A stretch of DNA of 64,000 nucleotides, from the NCBI GenBank assembly GCA_016199525.1, contig JACQGL010000048.1, positions 630-64,629 on the forward strand. The letters run 5' to 3'. The notes below the pieces were generated by a model. It saw nothing but the letters and a program-made list of their open reading frames with translations, did no database searches and was not told the DNA's origin. The translations under genes and the position numbers were made by a program. This document shows, one piece after another, positions 16,768 to 26,740 of the stretch. Numbering within the stretch: the stretch's first letter is position 1; the number at the start of each line of letters is the position of its first letter. This DNA comes from Armatimonadota bacterium (GTDB taxonomy: Bacteria; Armatimonadota; SYMT01; JACQGL01).

Positions 16768-17529
16768 TCAAGGGTGAGCCAGACCCCACCGCTCCCGAAC
16801 CCGGGCCGCCAGTACCCCGAAAATGGCCCGATCCGCAAGCAACCCCAGAAGGATAATGACGAGCATCACCGCCACTACCTGGCTCATGTCCGCGAGTTCG
16901 CGTCCCATCATCAGCATGTGGCCGAGGCCCAAACTGACAAACAGCAGCTCTCCGGCCATCAGGGACCGCCAGGCGAAAGACCACCCCAACTTGGCGCCCG
17001 TAAGGATGGCCGGTAGAGAAGCGGGAAGCAACACCTCGGTATACAGCGCCACCGGGCCGGTCCCCATCGTGCGCGCGGCCCGCAGATAGACCGGCGGCAC
17101 GTTCTTGACACCGTCATGCACGGACACGGTGACCGCCAGTAGCGCCCCCATTACCACCACAAACAGGATGGCGCGGTCGTTCAGCCCGAACCAGAGCAGG
17201 GCCAGCGGGAGCCAGCAGACGCTCGGCAGCGTCTGGAGGCCCAGCACCAGCGAGCCGACGGTTTCCTCCAGCCATCGCAACCGTGCCAGCAGAACACCCA
17301 GCACGACGCCCAGCGTCTGCGCCAGAAGGTAGCCCACCAGAATGCGTCTCAGGCTGACGCCCGTGGCGAGGAGGAGCGATCGGTCCGCCAGCGTGCGCCA
17401 GAGTGTCTGCGCTACCCGCCACGGAGAGGGAAATAAAGTCGGCTCCCAGATGCCCAATCTACAGAGGATCTCCCAGAACGCGATCAACGCCATGAAGAAG
17501 AGCGCCCGCCGCAGCATGCCAGTCCACAT
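16768..17529 (-). CDS. ABC transporter permease (nitrate/sulfonate/taurine NitT family)
   Basis: 253 aa with multiple TM helices and an EAA-like loop ..YLRAARTMGTGPVALYTEVLLPASLP... The listed start overlaps the upstream ATPase gene by 71 nt. Internal Met codons at 17517 and 17493 are alternative starts. Confidence 0.8.
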   Translation of the reverse strand: MWTGMLRRALFFMALIAFWEILCRLGIWEPTLFPSPWRVAQTLWRTLADRSLLLATGVSLRRILVGYLLAQTLGVVLGVLLARLRWLEETVGSLVLGLQTLPSVCWLPLALLWFGLNDRAILFVVVMGALLAVTVSVHDGVKNVPPVYLRAARTMGTGPVALYTEVLLPASLPAILTGAKLGWSFAWRSLMAGELLFVSLGLGHMLMMGRELADMSQVVAVMLVIILLGLLADRAIFGVLAARVRERWGLAHP

Positions 17530-18301
17530 CGTACTCCTCCTCGCGAATACGTCTCCGGTCCTCTTTCATCGCCAGAGAGATCTGCCGGGCCAGGCGCGCC
17601 ACATCTACATCGTCGATGAAGCGCGGGCGGGCAAGGGATACGTCGAACGCCGCTCGCACACGTCCGGGGCGGGCGGAGAACAGCACCACCCGGTCTCCCA
17701 GGCAGACCGCCTCTCGCACGTTATGGGTCACGAACATAATGGTCTTGCCTGTGCGTTGCCAGAGCTCTGCAAGCTGCTCGTAGAGGTCCTCCCGCGTTTG
17801 CGCATCCAGAGCCGCGAACGGTTCGTCCATCAATAGCACCTCGGGGTCCACGGCCAGGGCTCGGGCAATGGCCACTCGCTGGCGCATCCCGCCGGACAGT
17901 TCGTGCAGGTAGCTGTCGCGAAAGCGTGAGAGGTGGACCAGGTGGAGATAGTACCTCGCTCGTTCCGCCCGTTCCCTGGCGCGCAACCCCATCTGCTTCA
18001 GCGGGAACTCCACATTCTTCTGGGCCGTCAGCCAGGGAAACAGGGCGCCCTCCTGGAACACGACACTGCGATCCCGGCCGGGACGTGACACCGGTCGGCC
18101 ATCTTCCAGCACTTCGCCGGTGTCCGGCAGGTCCAGCCCGGCGACCACGTTCAGCAGTGTGGACTTGCCGCAGCCGGATGGCCCCACGAGAACGAGGAAC
18201 TCCCCGTCCTCCACATCCAGCCACACGTCGAGTAGTGCCTGCACCTCGCCACTGCTCCCGTAGAACTTCTTGCTGACAGCGCGGACGGACAATTTCGCCA
18301 T
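17459..18301 (-). CDS. ABC transporter ATP-binding protein (NitT family)
   Basis: Start at ATG 18301 (AGGAG 6 nt upstream). Walker A GPSGCGKST, signature LSGGMRQRVAIARAL, Walker B LLMDEPF. Confidence 0.85.
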   Translation of the reverse strand: MAKLSVRAVSKKFYGSSGEVQALLDVWLDVEDGEFLVLVGPSGCGKSTLLNVVAGLDLPDTGEVLEDGRPVSRPGRDRSVVFQEGALFPWLTAQKNVEFPLKQMGLRARERAERARYYLHLVHLSRFRDSYLHELSGGMRQRVAIARALAVDPEVLLMDEPFAALDAQTREDLYEQLAELWQRTGKTIMFVTHNVREAVCLGDRVVLFSARPGRVRAAFDVSLARPRFIDDVDVARLARQISLAMKEDRRRIREEEYDVDWHAAAGALLHGVDRVLGDPL

Positions 18302-18310
18302 TTCCAACTC

Positions 18311-19363
18311 CTATCGGGCCGCCGCCAGGGTGCGGCGGGCACGCTCAAGAGGATGAAGATGGAACAGCCCCGCCACATCCAGCGGCTGCTGTGGCAGGTA
18401 ACCGGCATCCGCCGCCGCACGTACGAAAGACTCGATACTGCTGCGGTTCGGATCAGCAGTGAATTCGACCCGGCTCCAGGCCTCTCGCAGGACTTCCGCA
18501 GGCAGCTCCTTGCTGGTCAGACGCTTTAGTTCCGCATTGACCACCGTCTGCCCCTCGTCCGGATGCTGCTGCAGCCAGTCGATGCTGTGCAGGTGTCCCT
18601 GAAGCAGCGCCTCGACAAGCGGCGCGTGTTGCTCCAGGAAAGCGGTCCGTACGACCACCACCGTGGTGGTGAATTGCCGCCCCGGCCACAGATCTCGCTC
18701 ATCCACCACCAGGCGCGCCCCGGCCTCCTTTACCAGCCGGGCGGCCCAGGGCTCAGGGACCCACGCTGCGTCCAGCTGGCGCCTGACGAAGAGGGACAGG
18801 ATGTCGGGATTCGTGATTGGGACGACTTCCACCGTACCCCCCTTCTCGCGCGGGCGGAGCCCGTTCTGCGCCAGGAAATGCCGGGCCGAGACATCCTGCG
18901 TGCCGCCCAGCTGCGGGACAGCCACCCGCTTGCCATCCAGATCCCGAATACCGGCGATACCCACATCGGCACGGGCCACCAGCGCCGCTCCGCCGCTGCA
19001 CGCGCCAGCCAGGAGGCGCAACGCCCTACCATCGGACTTCAGGTAGGTGTTGATGGCCGGGCTGGGGCCCACGTAGCCCACATCCACTTCGCCGGCCAGC
19101 AAGGCCTCCATTTCCGCCGGCCCGGCGTTGAACACCTTCGGATCCAACACGACCCCCGCGGGCAGCCCGCGCTGGAGCTCCCCGCGCGCAACCCCGGCCA
19201 CCGCCGGTGCGTGCGTTACGTTTGGGAAATAGGCCAGACGCAGGCGCTGCTGCCCCGCCGCCGGGCCCGGCGACTGCCCGCCAACTCCCAGCGCCAGAGC
19301 GCCGAGTACGGCCAGGCCTGCTGCTGGAAACGCCAGATACCTCCATCTTCGCAGTTTGCTCAT
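18311..19363 (-). CDS. ABC substrate-binding protein (aliphatic sulfonate/NMT1-like)
   Basis: Start probably ATG 19363 (MSKLRRWRYLAFPAAGLAVLGALALG signal peptide). ..LRLAYFPNVTHAP.. is typical of SsuA/TauA-like binding proteins. Confidence 0.8.
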   Translation of the reverse strand: MSKLRRWRYLAFPAAGLAVLGALALGVGGQSPGPAAGQQRLRLAYFPNVTHAPAVAGVARGELQRGLPAGVVLDPKVFNAGPAEMEALLAGEVDVGYVGPSPAINTYLKSDGRALRLLAGACSGGAALVARADVGIAGIRDLDGKRVAVPQLGGTQDVSARHFLAQNGLRPREKGGTVEVVPITNPDILSLFVRRQLDAAWVPEPWAARLVKEAGARLVVDERDLWPGRQFTTTVVVVRTAFLEQHAPLVEALLQGHLHSIDWLQQHPDEGQTVVNAELKRLTSKELPAEVLREAWSRVEFTADPNRSSIESFVRAAADAGYLPQQPLDVAGLFHLHPLERARRTLAAAR

Positions 19364-19511
19364 CGTCAGCTCCGTTACCGGACTCTGCGTCCGCACCTCG
19401 GCGCATCTGCCTTCACCTGCTACAAAAAGTGAAAGGCCAGAAGCGCCCCTTCACGAGGGTGCTCCTGGCCTCCAGTTGACTGGTCAGCCTGGTGATAGGT
19501 TGGATGGCTAA

Positions 19512-19682
19512 TCAGGCCAGACGGATTTTCTCCGTTTTGTCGATCTGGATGACGCGCCCATCCTGGATGATGAGCTGGACCACACCATACCGGATACTCT
19601 CCACCGCCTCCTGAATGGCTTCCAGGGGGATCGCGGAGGGTGCTTGCGCCGAATGCGAGCGCTGGCTCGGCTTGTCATTCAT
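19512..19682 (-). CDS. YezD-family small protein (DUF2292), 56 aa
   Basis: Below the ORF-track size cutoff and found by hand: MNDKPSQRSHSAQAPSAIPLEAIQEAVESIRYGVVQLIIQDGRVIQIDKTEKIRLA. The YGxVxLxIQDGxVxQIxxTEK core is the YezD signature. It starts 11 nt after the rrf2 stop. Confidence 0.7.
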   Translation of the reverse strand: MNDKPSQRSHSAQAPSAIPLEAIQEAVESIRYGVVQLIIQDGRVIQIDKTEKIRLA

Positions 19683-19693
19683 CGGCGTGCCTG

Positions 19694-20155
19694 CTAGATC
19701 GTGTAGTCAAGGACCTGTACCCACTCCGCCCCCAGTTTCCGGTGCTGATCCCGGATGTCGGCGAAAGTGGTGTTGTCCAACACGGCGGCGAGCGCATCCC
19801 GCGCTTCCTTCCAGACGGTCCGAAGCCCGCAGGATTCGGGCGTCGGACAACCGCATTCCATGTAACCCGATACGCTTACGCAGCTGATGGGAGCCAGCGG
19901 ACCGTCCATCGCCCGCACCACTGCTCCGAGCGTGATGGCATGGGGTGGCTTCGCCAGGAAGTAACCGCCTCCGGGACCCTTCCGGCTGCGCACAAACCCG
20001 AATCGCTTCAGGGCGAGCAGAATCTGCTCCAGGTACTTGGCCGGTATCAGCTGTCGCTCGGCAATGTCCTGGATCTGTACCGGGCCTTCCTCGTAGCGAA
20101 GGCTAAGATCCAGGAGTGCGCGGGTGGCGTATTTTCCCCGACTCGATAGCACCAC
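19694..20155 (-). CDS. Rrf2-family transcriptional regulator with a Cys cluster (probable Fe-S type)
   Basis: 153 aa. MVLSSRGKYATRALLDLSL..IQDIAERQLIPAKYLEQILLALKRFGFVRSRKGPGGGYFLAK, then CVSVSGYMECGCPTPESC. Confidence 0.85.
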   Translation of the reverse strand: MVLSSRGKYATRALLDLSLRYEEGPVQIQDIAERQLIPAKYLEQILLALKRFGFVRSRKGPGGGYFLAKPPHAITLGAVVRAMDGPLAPISCVSVSGYMECGCPTPESCGLRTVWKEARDALAAVLDNTTFADIRDQHRKLGAEWVQVLDYTI

Positions 20156-20485
20156 AGGCGAAAGTCCAGTTACCCTATCGGATTACTCGACTATTGTATA
20201 ACACCATCCATCCGGTCTGTCAACCAAAAAACTCAGCGCCCTGTGACCAACCAGACAAGGGCTGGGGGACGACCCGGTGGTCGAGGTGGATTCCTAGCCA
20301 GGCGCTCGTGCTGCTTCCGCTGGTGGGACCTCCGGCTCATCCGCAGCCAGCAGCTCTGGCTGGCGCTTGATTATGCCTCCCTCCGTGGGAAGAACGGGGA
20401 AAGGCGAAAACGAACCAACGAATGCACCGACACCTGCCGTATCTACCCGTATCTACCTGTCTGCTCGCTTCCTCGCCTTCTTGCC

Positions 20486-21625
20486 CTATGCCTCGCCAAA
20501 CAGAGTTGTCCCCGGCCGCAAGTAATGCTGCGCCACGTCTTCGTTCAGTTCGTATCCCAGGCCAGGCCGATCCGGCACGCGGATGGCGCCGTTCTGAATG
20601 AGCGGCGCGTCGACGATCAACAGGTCGTTCCAATACGGCCGCTCCAGCCAGTGCCACTCCAGGACCAGGAAATTCGGGATGGCCGCGCCGGCGTGGCAGG
20701 AGGCAAGGGTGCCCAGCGGCCCGCACACGTTGTGCGGGGCAATGGGGATGTAGTACAGCTCCGCCATGCCCGCGATCTTCTTGCCCTCCGCCAGGCCGCC
20801 GCACTTGGGCAGGTCCGGCATGATAATGTCTACCGCCTGCTTCTCCAGCAGATCGCGGAATCCCCAGCGCAGGAACAGGTTTTCCCCCGCGCAGATAGGC
20901 ACCGGCGAGCAGCGCTTCACCTCTCGCATAGCGTCAACGTTCTCGGGCGGCACCGGTTCCTCCAGCCACATCAGCTCGAACGGCTCCAGGGCGCGCGCCA
21001 GGCGGATGGCGCTGTGGGTATCGTAGCGGCCGTGCATATCGATTGCCAGGTCGATCGACGGCCCCACCGCCTCCCGCACCGCCGCGACTTTCTCCACCAT
21101 AGAGGCCATCTCGCGTGCGTTCAGGGTATGGTTCCAGCGGTCGGCCTTGGCGGGATGGGTTAGGTCATCGACGTCGAACTTGAGGGCGGTGAAGCCTAGA
21201 GCCGCGGCGGCGAGCGCCTGCTCCGCGTGCGAGGCGGGAGTATCCTCTTTGCCGCCGTGGCAATCGCAGTAGAGGCGGATGCGGTCCCGATACCGGCCGC
21301 CGAGCAGACGATAGACCGGTGCTCCCAGAGCCTTGCCCGCCAGGTCCCACAGGGCGATCTCGATGCCGGCGAGGGCGGTGACCACGTTGCCGGCCAGGGC
21401 TCCTTCGAACAGGTACCGCCGCCGGATTCTCTCGAACAGCGGTTCCACGTCGCGCGGGTCCTCGCCGCGCAGCAGCTCTGTCATCGTCGCCACCAGCCGG
21501 GGGCAACCCGCGCCGCCGTGGATGCACTCCCCCGTCCCGAACAGTCCCTCATCCGTGTAGATCCGCACGAACGTGGAGTAGCCGTGGCCGAGCACCTCCG
21601 CAGTGCGCACATCGGTGATTCGCAT
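20486..21625 (-). CDS. Enolase-superfamily enzyme (mandelate racemase/muconate lactonizing, sugar-acid dehydratase-like)
   Basis: Start re-set to ATG 21625 (GGAGGAGG upstream): MRITDVRTAEVLGHGYSTFVRIYTDEGLFGTGE.. Followed by ..LKFDVDD.., ..LEEPVPPEN.., ..PICAGENL.. Confidence 0.85.
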   Translation of the reverse strand: MRITDVRTAEVLGHGYSTFVRIYTDEGLFGTGECIHGGAGCPRLVATMTELLRGEDPRDVEPLFERIRRRYLFEGALAGNVVTALAGIEIALWDLAGKALGAPVYRLLGGRYRDRIRLYCDCHGGKEDTPASHAEQALAAAALGFTALKFDVDDLTHPAKADRWNHTLNAREMASMVEKVAAVREAVGPSIDLAIDMHGRYDTHSAIRLARALEPFELMWLEEPVPPENVDAMREVKRCSPVPICAGENLFLRWGFRDLLEKQAVDIIMPDLPKCGGLAEGKKIAGMAELYYIPIAPHNVCGPLGTLASCHAGAAIPNFLVLEWHWLERPYWNDLLIVDAPLIQNGAIRVPDRPGLGYELNEDVAQHYLRPGTTLFGEA

Positions 21626-21744
21626 TATCCTCCTCCCCAAGCCTTCTGCGTTCTGCGTCAGCGTTCGGCCGGAGCGCAGCGCACACCTTCGAGACGGGAC
21701 ATGAACCATCGGAACCCGAAGAGGGGCGAGGTTCTCCGGCGCGC

Positions 21745-22812
21745 TCAGCGGCTGTGGCGCCGTGTGCGGGGGAACACGGATTGGGGTAGAGCAAACCCTA
21801 TGCTACGCAAGGACTGCTCCAGGTGAGCCATCCGCGTCACGTGGCGGAATCGCTGCGCGTTGTCCACCAACTCCAGCCGATCCACCACCTGCTTGAGTTC
21901 GCGGACCATGCGCAGGAGGTCCGCCATCGCCTCGGGGACGACGCGCAGCTCGGAGATATCAAGCAGCAGCGAGCGACAGCCATTCGCCGCGAGGGTGCGG
22001 CACACCCGCTCCAGGCGCGGTACTCCGCGCCGATCCAGCTGGCCGTGCGCACGCACGGCGGCGGTCCCCACGCTGCCCGGACGTCCATGCTGTTCAAGCA
22101 CAATGTTGAGGGGCCCGAACCGCGTTTCCGTGCGCGACGCAGGGATTTCCAGGGGCCCAAGACCCTGGGGACGAGGGGTAAAATCAAGCCGCGGCAGGTT
22201 GATCGCCCAGGTTTCCTCCTCGCCTGCCGCCAGCGCCTTCTCCGTCCAGGCGCGCCGCAGCGGGCTCTCGAGGAACGCCCAGAGCGCATCATCCGTATCG
22301 AAGTCGATGGCGCAGAGGTAAACGGAGCGCGCCACGTTCCGCGCGAGACGGACGCGCAGGGACCCGGGCGCCGCCATCGAGCGCAATGCCGTGTCCTTGT
22401 CGCGCGCTTCTTGCTCTGCACCAGCACCGGAGGGGACGCGCGAGAATCGGACCAGGCTGGCGGGAGTCGTCTCGCACCCGAAGCTGGCTTCAAACCAGCG
22501 GGGAAGGGTAGCGGAGAGATCCACCGCCGCCAGCAGCTCTTCCCCGATGACACCTTGCATATCGGGAGGTTGGCGCTGCCAGTAGGAAACGGCAAACACC
22601 TGGTCTGTGTGGTAGATACCGCGATAGGTCTGCCAGCCCAGGCAACCGGACTGCCGGGCCAGTTGCCGACCAACCAGTACATAACGGCGCAGCGCTGGCA
22701 GGGAGACCGGTACGGGGATCAATAGACGGGTAAGGGAAACGACTGGCATCTGGAATAGATCCGTCGGTCGTCCGCTGCTGCAGGGATGGACTGGCAGCGG
22801 CCCGGACGACAA
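21745..22812 (-). CDS. Hypothetical protein with a C-terminal STAS (anti-sigma-antagonist-like) domain
   Basis: The C-terminal ~110 aa (..VRAHGQLDRRGVPRLERVCRTLAANGCRSLLLDISELRVVPEAMADLLRMVRELKQVVDRLELVDNAQ..) follow the STAS pattern. The N-terminal two thirds are unrecognised. Start uncertain (alternative ATG at 22749). Confidence 0.55.
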   Translation of the reverse strand: MSSGPLPVHPCSSGRPTDLFQMPVVSLTRLLIPVPVSLPALRRYVLVGRQLARQSGCLGWQTYRGIYHTDQVFAVSYWQRQPPDMQGVIGEELLAAVDLSATLPRWFEASFGCETTPASLVRFSRVPSGAGAEQEARDKDTALRSMAAPGSLRVRLARNVARSVYLCAIDFDTDDALWAFLESPLRRAWTEKALAAGEEETWAINLPRLDFTPRPQGLGPLEIPASRTETRFGPLNIVLEQHGRPGSVGTAAVRAHGQLDRRGVPRLERVCRTLAANGCRSLLLDISELRVVPEAMADLLRMVRELKQVVDRLELVDNAQRFRHVTRMAHLEQSLRSIGFALPQSVFPRTRRHSR

Positions 22813-23196
22813 GGCAATTATCGGCAGCCGTTTCCGGCGGCGCCATGATCACCGCCGGCCGCTAGCGTACCCAGGACAGCCACCCGCGATTCTGCTGATA
22901 GGACCGCGAGGCAAGCGGGCTGGCCCCTGATTCCCAGCCAGCACCAGTATAGCGCGTCTGCCTGGAGTCGGCAACGGCTCGTGAAGTCCGGCACGCCGCA
23001 GGGGAGCGCGACGAGGAGAAGGAACTATCTCACGCCCCCTGCGAGCACGTGGGGGAAGCAGAGGAAGAGTGAGGATAGGATAGGGATGGGGCCTGATATT
23101 CAGCGTTGAGCCTCGGCATACCCGAGCTCACCGCCTAACGCCCATATTCCCACGCTCCGCTTTCCCCGCGGGCGGGAAGCCCATATCGATAGACGG

Positions 23197-24207
23197 ATGA
23201 CCTCTACGCAGCAGGTAGATCAGGTTAACGCCGGCGGCAAAGCGATGAGGATGAGCGCCCGCCGGCGGCACTCCGAAGCGGCACTCGCCTACCTGCTCCT
23301 GGCGCCCAGCGCGGTGATCATCGGAGGCTTCGGATTCTACCCGCTGCTTGCGGCGGTGCACATCAGCCTGCGCGACTGGGGGATTGTTGCCGGCCCATTC
23401 ATTGGCTTGGCCAATTACGCGCGCGCCCTGCAGGATTCACCGGAATTCTGGCGCTCTCTGGCGATCACACTCTACTATGTGGCGGGCACTGTCCCGATTA
23501 CCATCGCGCTTGCCTACCTGTTCGCCGACCTGCTTCACCGGCGACTGGCAGCGGCGGCCTTCTATCGCAGTCTGTTCTTCATCCCCTACGTGGTCTCGCC
23601 GGTGGCGGCGGCGGCAGTCTGGTCGTGGATCTTCAATAAGGATTTCGGGCTCGCCAACGGGGTGCTATCGTGGGTGGGGATCGCGCCGTTTGGCTGGTTG
23701 GAGGAGCCGCGGGGCGTGTTCGAGGTGATGGGCGAGCATCTGGGCTGGGCGATACCGGACTGGGCTGGTGGTCCGAGCCTGGCGCTGGTGTGCATGATCA
23801 CCGTAGCCGTCTGGCACAGTCTGGGATTCGCAGTGGTGGTGCTCCTCGCCGGGATGGCGGCCATCCCTGAGGAGGTGCTGGAGGCGGCGCGGCTGGATGG
23901 GGCGCGCGGCTGGGCCCTGCTCCGCCGCGTAAAAGTCCCCCTCCTCTCGCCGACGCTCTTCTTCCTGCTCATTGTGTTCGTGATCCGTACCTTCCAGACG
24001 TTCACGCAGATTTACGTACTCAGCGTCGATCATCGCGGCGGCCCGCTGGGCAGCACCCGAAATGTGACGATGTATCTTTACGCCAAGTTCTGGGATGCCC
24101 ATCGTATCGGCTATGCGTCCGCGGTGGCGGTAATCCTGTTCCTGATTATCCTGGCGCTCACGCTGCTCCAGTTCCGTGTTCTCGGGCGCCGGGTGCATTA
24201 CGGATAG
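23197..24207 (+). CDS. ABC sugar transporter permease (MalF/UgpA-like)
   Basis: 336 aa, six predicted TM helices. EAA loop ..EVLEAARLDGARGWALLRRVKVPLLSP... Alternative start at 23245. Confidence 0.85.
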   Translation: MTSTQQVDQVNAGGKAMRMSARRRHSEAALAYLLLAPSAVIIGGFGFYPLLAAVHISLRDWGIVAGPFIGLANYARALQDSPEFWRSLAITLYYVAGTVPITIALAYLFADLLHRRLAAAAFYRSLFFIPYVVSPVAAAAVWSWIFNKDFGLANGVLSWVGIAPFGWLEEPRGVFEVMGEHLGWAIPDWAGGPSLALVCMITVAVWHSLGFAVVVLLAGMAAIPEEVLEAARLDGARGWALLRRVKVPLLSPTLFFLLIVFVIRTFQTFTQIYVLSVDHRGGPLGSTRNVTMYLYAKFWDAHRIGYASAVAVILFLIILALTLLQFRVLGRRVHYG

Positions 24208-24346
24208 AAGGCGCTAGGAACGCGGAGTGCCGGAGCACGGGGGATGGGGAAATGGGAGCGCCCGAAAGGGCCTGCGGAGGTAGTAGAAGCGTTTCCACGG
24301 GGAAACGTACCCACGCTCTGGCGTGCCAACACTGTGCTTGAGACCA

Positions 24347-25198
24347 ATGGCCGTTACGACGGACAGACACCGATTAAGGCAATGGCGCTCTGGGAAGGCA
24401 GTGGTTCAGGTCTTCGTGGCCCTGGCCGGCGTGGCGGTGGCGTTTCCGTTCCTGTGGATGGTGCTCACGGCGCTGAAGACGCTTGCGGAAGCCAGTGCCT
24501 TTCCACCCACGCTGCTGCCCTCCTCCCCGCAGTGGAGCAATTTCCGCGAGGCCTGGCAGCGCGATCCCCTGTTCGGGCAATACTTTCTGAACACCGGCTT
24601 GGTGGCGAGCATCGTCACTCTGGTGGTGATGACCACCGCGCTGCTGGCGGGCTATGCGTTCGGCAGTCTGGAGTTCCCTGGCAAGCGGGTGCTATTCGCC
24701 CTGTACCTGGCGACCATGATGATCCCCTTCGAGGTTATCATGATCCCGAACTTTGTCACCGTCGCCAGGCTGGGCTGGTACGACCACTACGCGGCGCTCA
24801 TTGCTCCCTGGAGCGCGAATGTATTCGCCGTCTTCCTGCTCACGCAGTTCTTCCGCACGTTACCGCCAGATTTCTTCGAGGCGGCGCAGCTGGATGGCTG
24901 CAGCCATCTGCAGTTCCTCTGGCGGATCGGCCGACCGCTGGCCGGGCCGGCCCTGGCAACGGCGGGACTGTTCGCGTTCCTCGGCAGCTGGAACTCGCTC
25001 CTGTGGCCGCTGCTGGTGACTCAATCGCGGGAGATGCGCACCATCGAGTTCGGGCTCTCGGTCTTTCTGCAGCAGGAAGGCACGGAGCCCCACCTGCTGA
25101 TGGCCGCCTCGACGATTGCTATGCTGCCCGTGCTGGCGCTCTTTCTGGTCGCCCAGCGGACGTTCGTGGAGGGCGTCTCGGCGGGGATCAAGGGCTGA
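24347..25198 (+). CDS. ABC sugar transporter permease (MalG/UgpE-like)
   Basis: ..FPFLWMVLTALK.., EAA loop FFEAAQLDGCSHLQFLWRIGRPLAGP. ATG 24347 is preferred over GTG 24323. Confidence 0.85.
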   Translation: MAVTTDRHRLRQWRSGKAVVQVFVALAGVAVAFPFLWMVLTALKTLAEASAFPPTLLPSSPQWSNFREAWQRDPLFGQYFLNTGLVASIVTLVVMTTALLAGYAFGSLEFPGKRVLFALYLATMMIPFEVIMIPNFVTVARLGWYDHYAALIAPWSANVFAVFLLTQFFRTLPPDFFEAAQLDGCSHLQFLWRIGRPLAGPALATAGLFAFLGSWNSLLWPLLVTQSREMRTIEFGLSVFLQQEGTEPHLLMAASTIAMLPVLALFLVAQRTFVEGVSAGIKG

Positions 25199-25347
25199 GT
25201 ATCCCGGCAACCTTCCTGGCCCCCGGCTTCTTACGCTTGCTCCTCTTCCTGCGCCTACTCGAACGGCTGCGGCTTGGGAGCAGGTGCAGAAGCCGGCGTA
25301 CGATTGGCAAGGCGATCTCGGACCTGCCGTGCCGGATCATTCGGACG

Positions 25348-26628
25348 ATGATACGCAGGATGGGTGGTAATCTGGCTCTGACGGTGGGGCTGCTGGCGAC
25401 GCTGGTATCCTCCGGGTGCGCCGTGCGCGCGCAGCCGAGCCGCATTGAACTGTGGCACACGCGCCGCGGGCAGCAGCAAAAAGTCCTGGAAGAGATCGTC
25501 CGCCGGTTCAACGATGCCGAACCGGGCCTGCCGATCCGCCCGGACTCCTACGGCAGCTATGAAGACCTGAACCGCAAGATCATTGTCACCGCGCAGACCG
25601 GCTCGTGGCCGGCACTCGCCACTGTCTACGAAAACCAGGTGCCGGACTACTGGGAGGCGGGCATCGTCCGTTCTCTGGACGACCTGGTGGCAGACCCCGA
25701 AACCGGCCTCTCTCCGGCAGAGCAGGCGGATTTCGTGGAGATTTTCCTGTGGAGCAACCGCTTCTCCCGTTTTGGCAACCAGCTGCTCTCCTTCCCGTTC
25801 ACAAAGAGCGTGCTGGTGATGTACTACAACCGCACGCTGCTGCGGCAGGCAGGATATGAACGCCCGCCGCAGACGTGGCGCGCATTCGAGGCGCAGTGCC
25901 GTGCGGTGCGGGCCATCGTGAAGGGCCCTGCCTACGCGCTAGAGCTCGATCCCTCTACCCTCCACGGGATGATCTTCTCCCACGGTGGGCAGATCGTCGA
26001 TGCGGAGGAGAAGCAAACCCTCTACGACCAACGACCCACCATCCGCACCTTCGCCCTGCTGCGCCGGCTGACGGAATCCGGTCTCGCCTCCCAGATGAGC
26101 GGCGATGACGTCACCAACGCCTTCCAGAGCCAGCGGGTGGCGTTCGCCATTGCCAGCAGCTCCGCACGGGGCGCGCTGGAGCAGAGGATCGGCGACCGCT
26201 TCGAGTGGGGCGCCGCCCTTCCGCCCCACGCTGAAGGAGTAGCCCCAGTCACTGTCCTCTACGGCCCCAATGTGTGCGTGTTTAGGACCGATCCCGAACG
26301 GGAGCGACGCGCCTGGCGGTTCATCCGCTATTTCACGTCCACGGAAGTGACCGCGGAGTGGGCGATGAAGACCGGCTACCTGCCGGTGCGAAAGTCCGCC
26401 CTGAAAACCCCGGCGCTGCAGCAGTTCTACGCCACCAACCCGCGCGCCCGGGCGATCTACGCGGCGCTGCGCTACGCGCGGTCGGAACCACCGCTGCCGC
26501 GAATGCAGCTGGTGCGGGATCAGATCCGGGAAGCCGCCACGGCGGTGATCACTGAACAGAGCACGCCCGAGGCGGCCGCGGCCTACCTGAAACGGCACGC
26601 GGACCTCTCCCTGGCGGGGAGGGATTGA
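25348..26628 (+). CDS. ABC extracellular solute-binding lipoprotein (family 1, sugar-type)
   Basis: This is the C-terminal 426 aa of the 794-aa track ORF. MIRRMGGNLALTVGLLATLVSSGCAV carries a lipobox (VSSGC). ..IELWHTRRGQQQKVLEEIVRRFN.. is typical of the family. No cognate ATPase lies in the window. Confidence 0.85.
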   Translation: MIRRMGGNLALTVGLLATLVSSGCAVRAQPSRIELWHTRRGQQQKVLEEIVRRFNDAEPGLPIRPDSYGSYEDLNRKIIVTAQTGSWPALATVYENQVPDYWEAGIVRSLDDLVADPETGLSPAEQADFVEIFLWSNRFSRFGNQLLSFPFTKSVLVMYYNRTLLRQAGYERPPQTWRAFEAQCRAVRAIVKGPAYALELDPSTLHGMIFSHGGQIVDAEEKQTLYDQRPTIRTFALLRRLTESGLASQMSGDDVTNAFQSQRVAFAIASSSARGALEQRIGDRFEWGAALPPHAEGVAPVTVLYGPNVCVFRTDPERERRAWRFIRYFTSTEVTAEWAMKTGYLPVRKSALKTPALQQFYATNPRARAIYAALRYARSEPPLPRMQLVRDQIREAATAVITEQSTPEAAAAYLKRHADLSLAGRD

Positions 26629-26740
26629 CCGGACGTGGGTCTTGGGGCTTGAACCGCAGGCATTGGGCGTTCGGTATAGGAGCGTTGAACACGGCGATAG
26701 AACCACGGATGCCAGGGAGCGGCCGGTAGCGCGGTTACCA

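Noticed and set aside
24244-25347. N-terminal 368 aa of the 794-aa (+) ORF
   Set aside because: This part merely lacks stops while overlapping the MalG-like permease, which is in another frame. Only the portion from ATG 25348, which carries a lipoprotein signal, is a real gene: the solute-binding protein.
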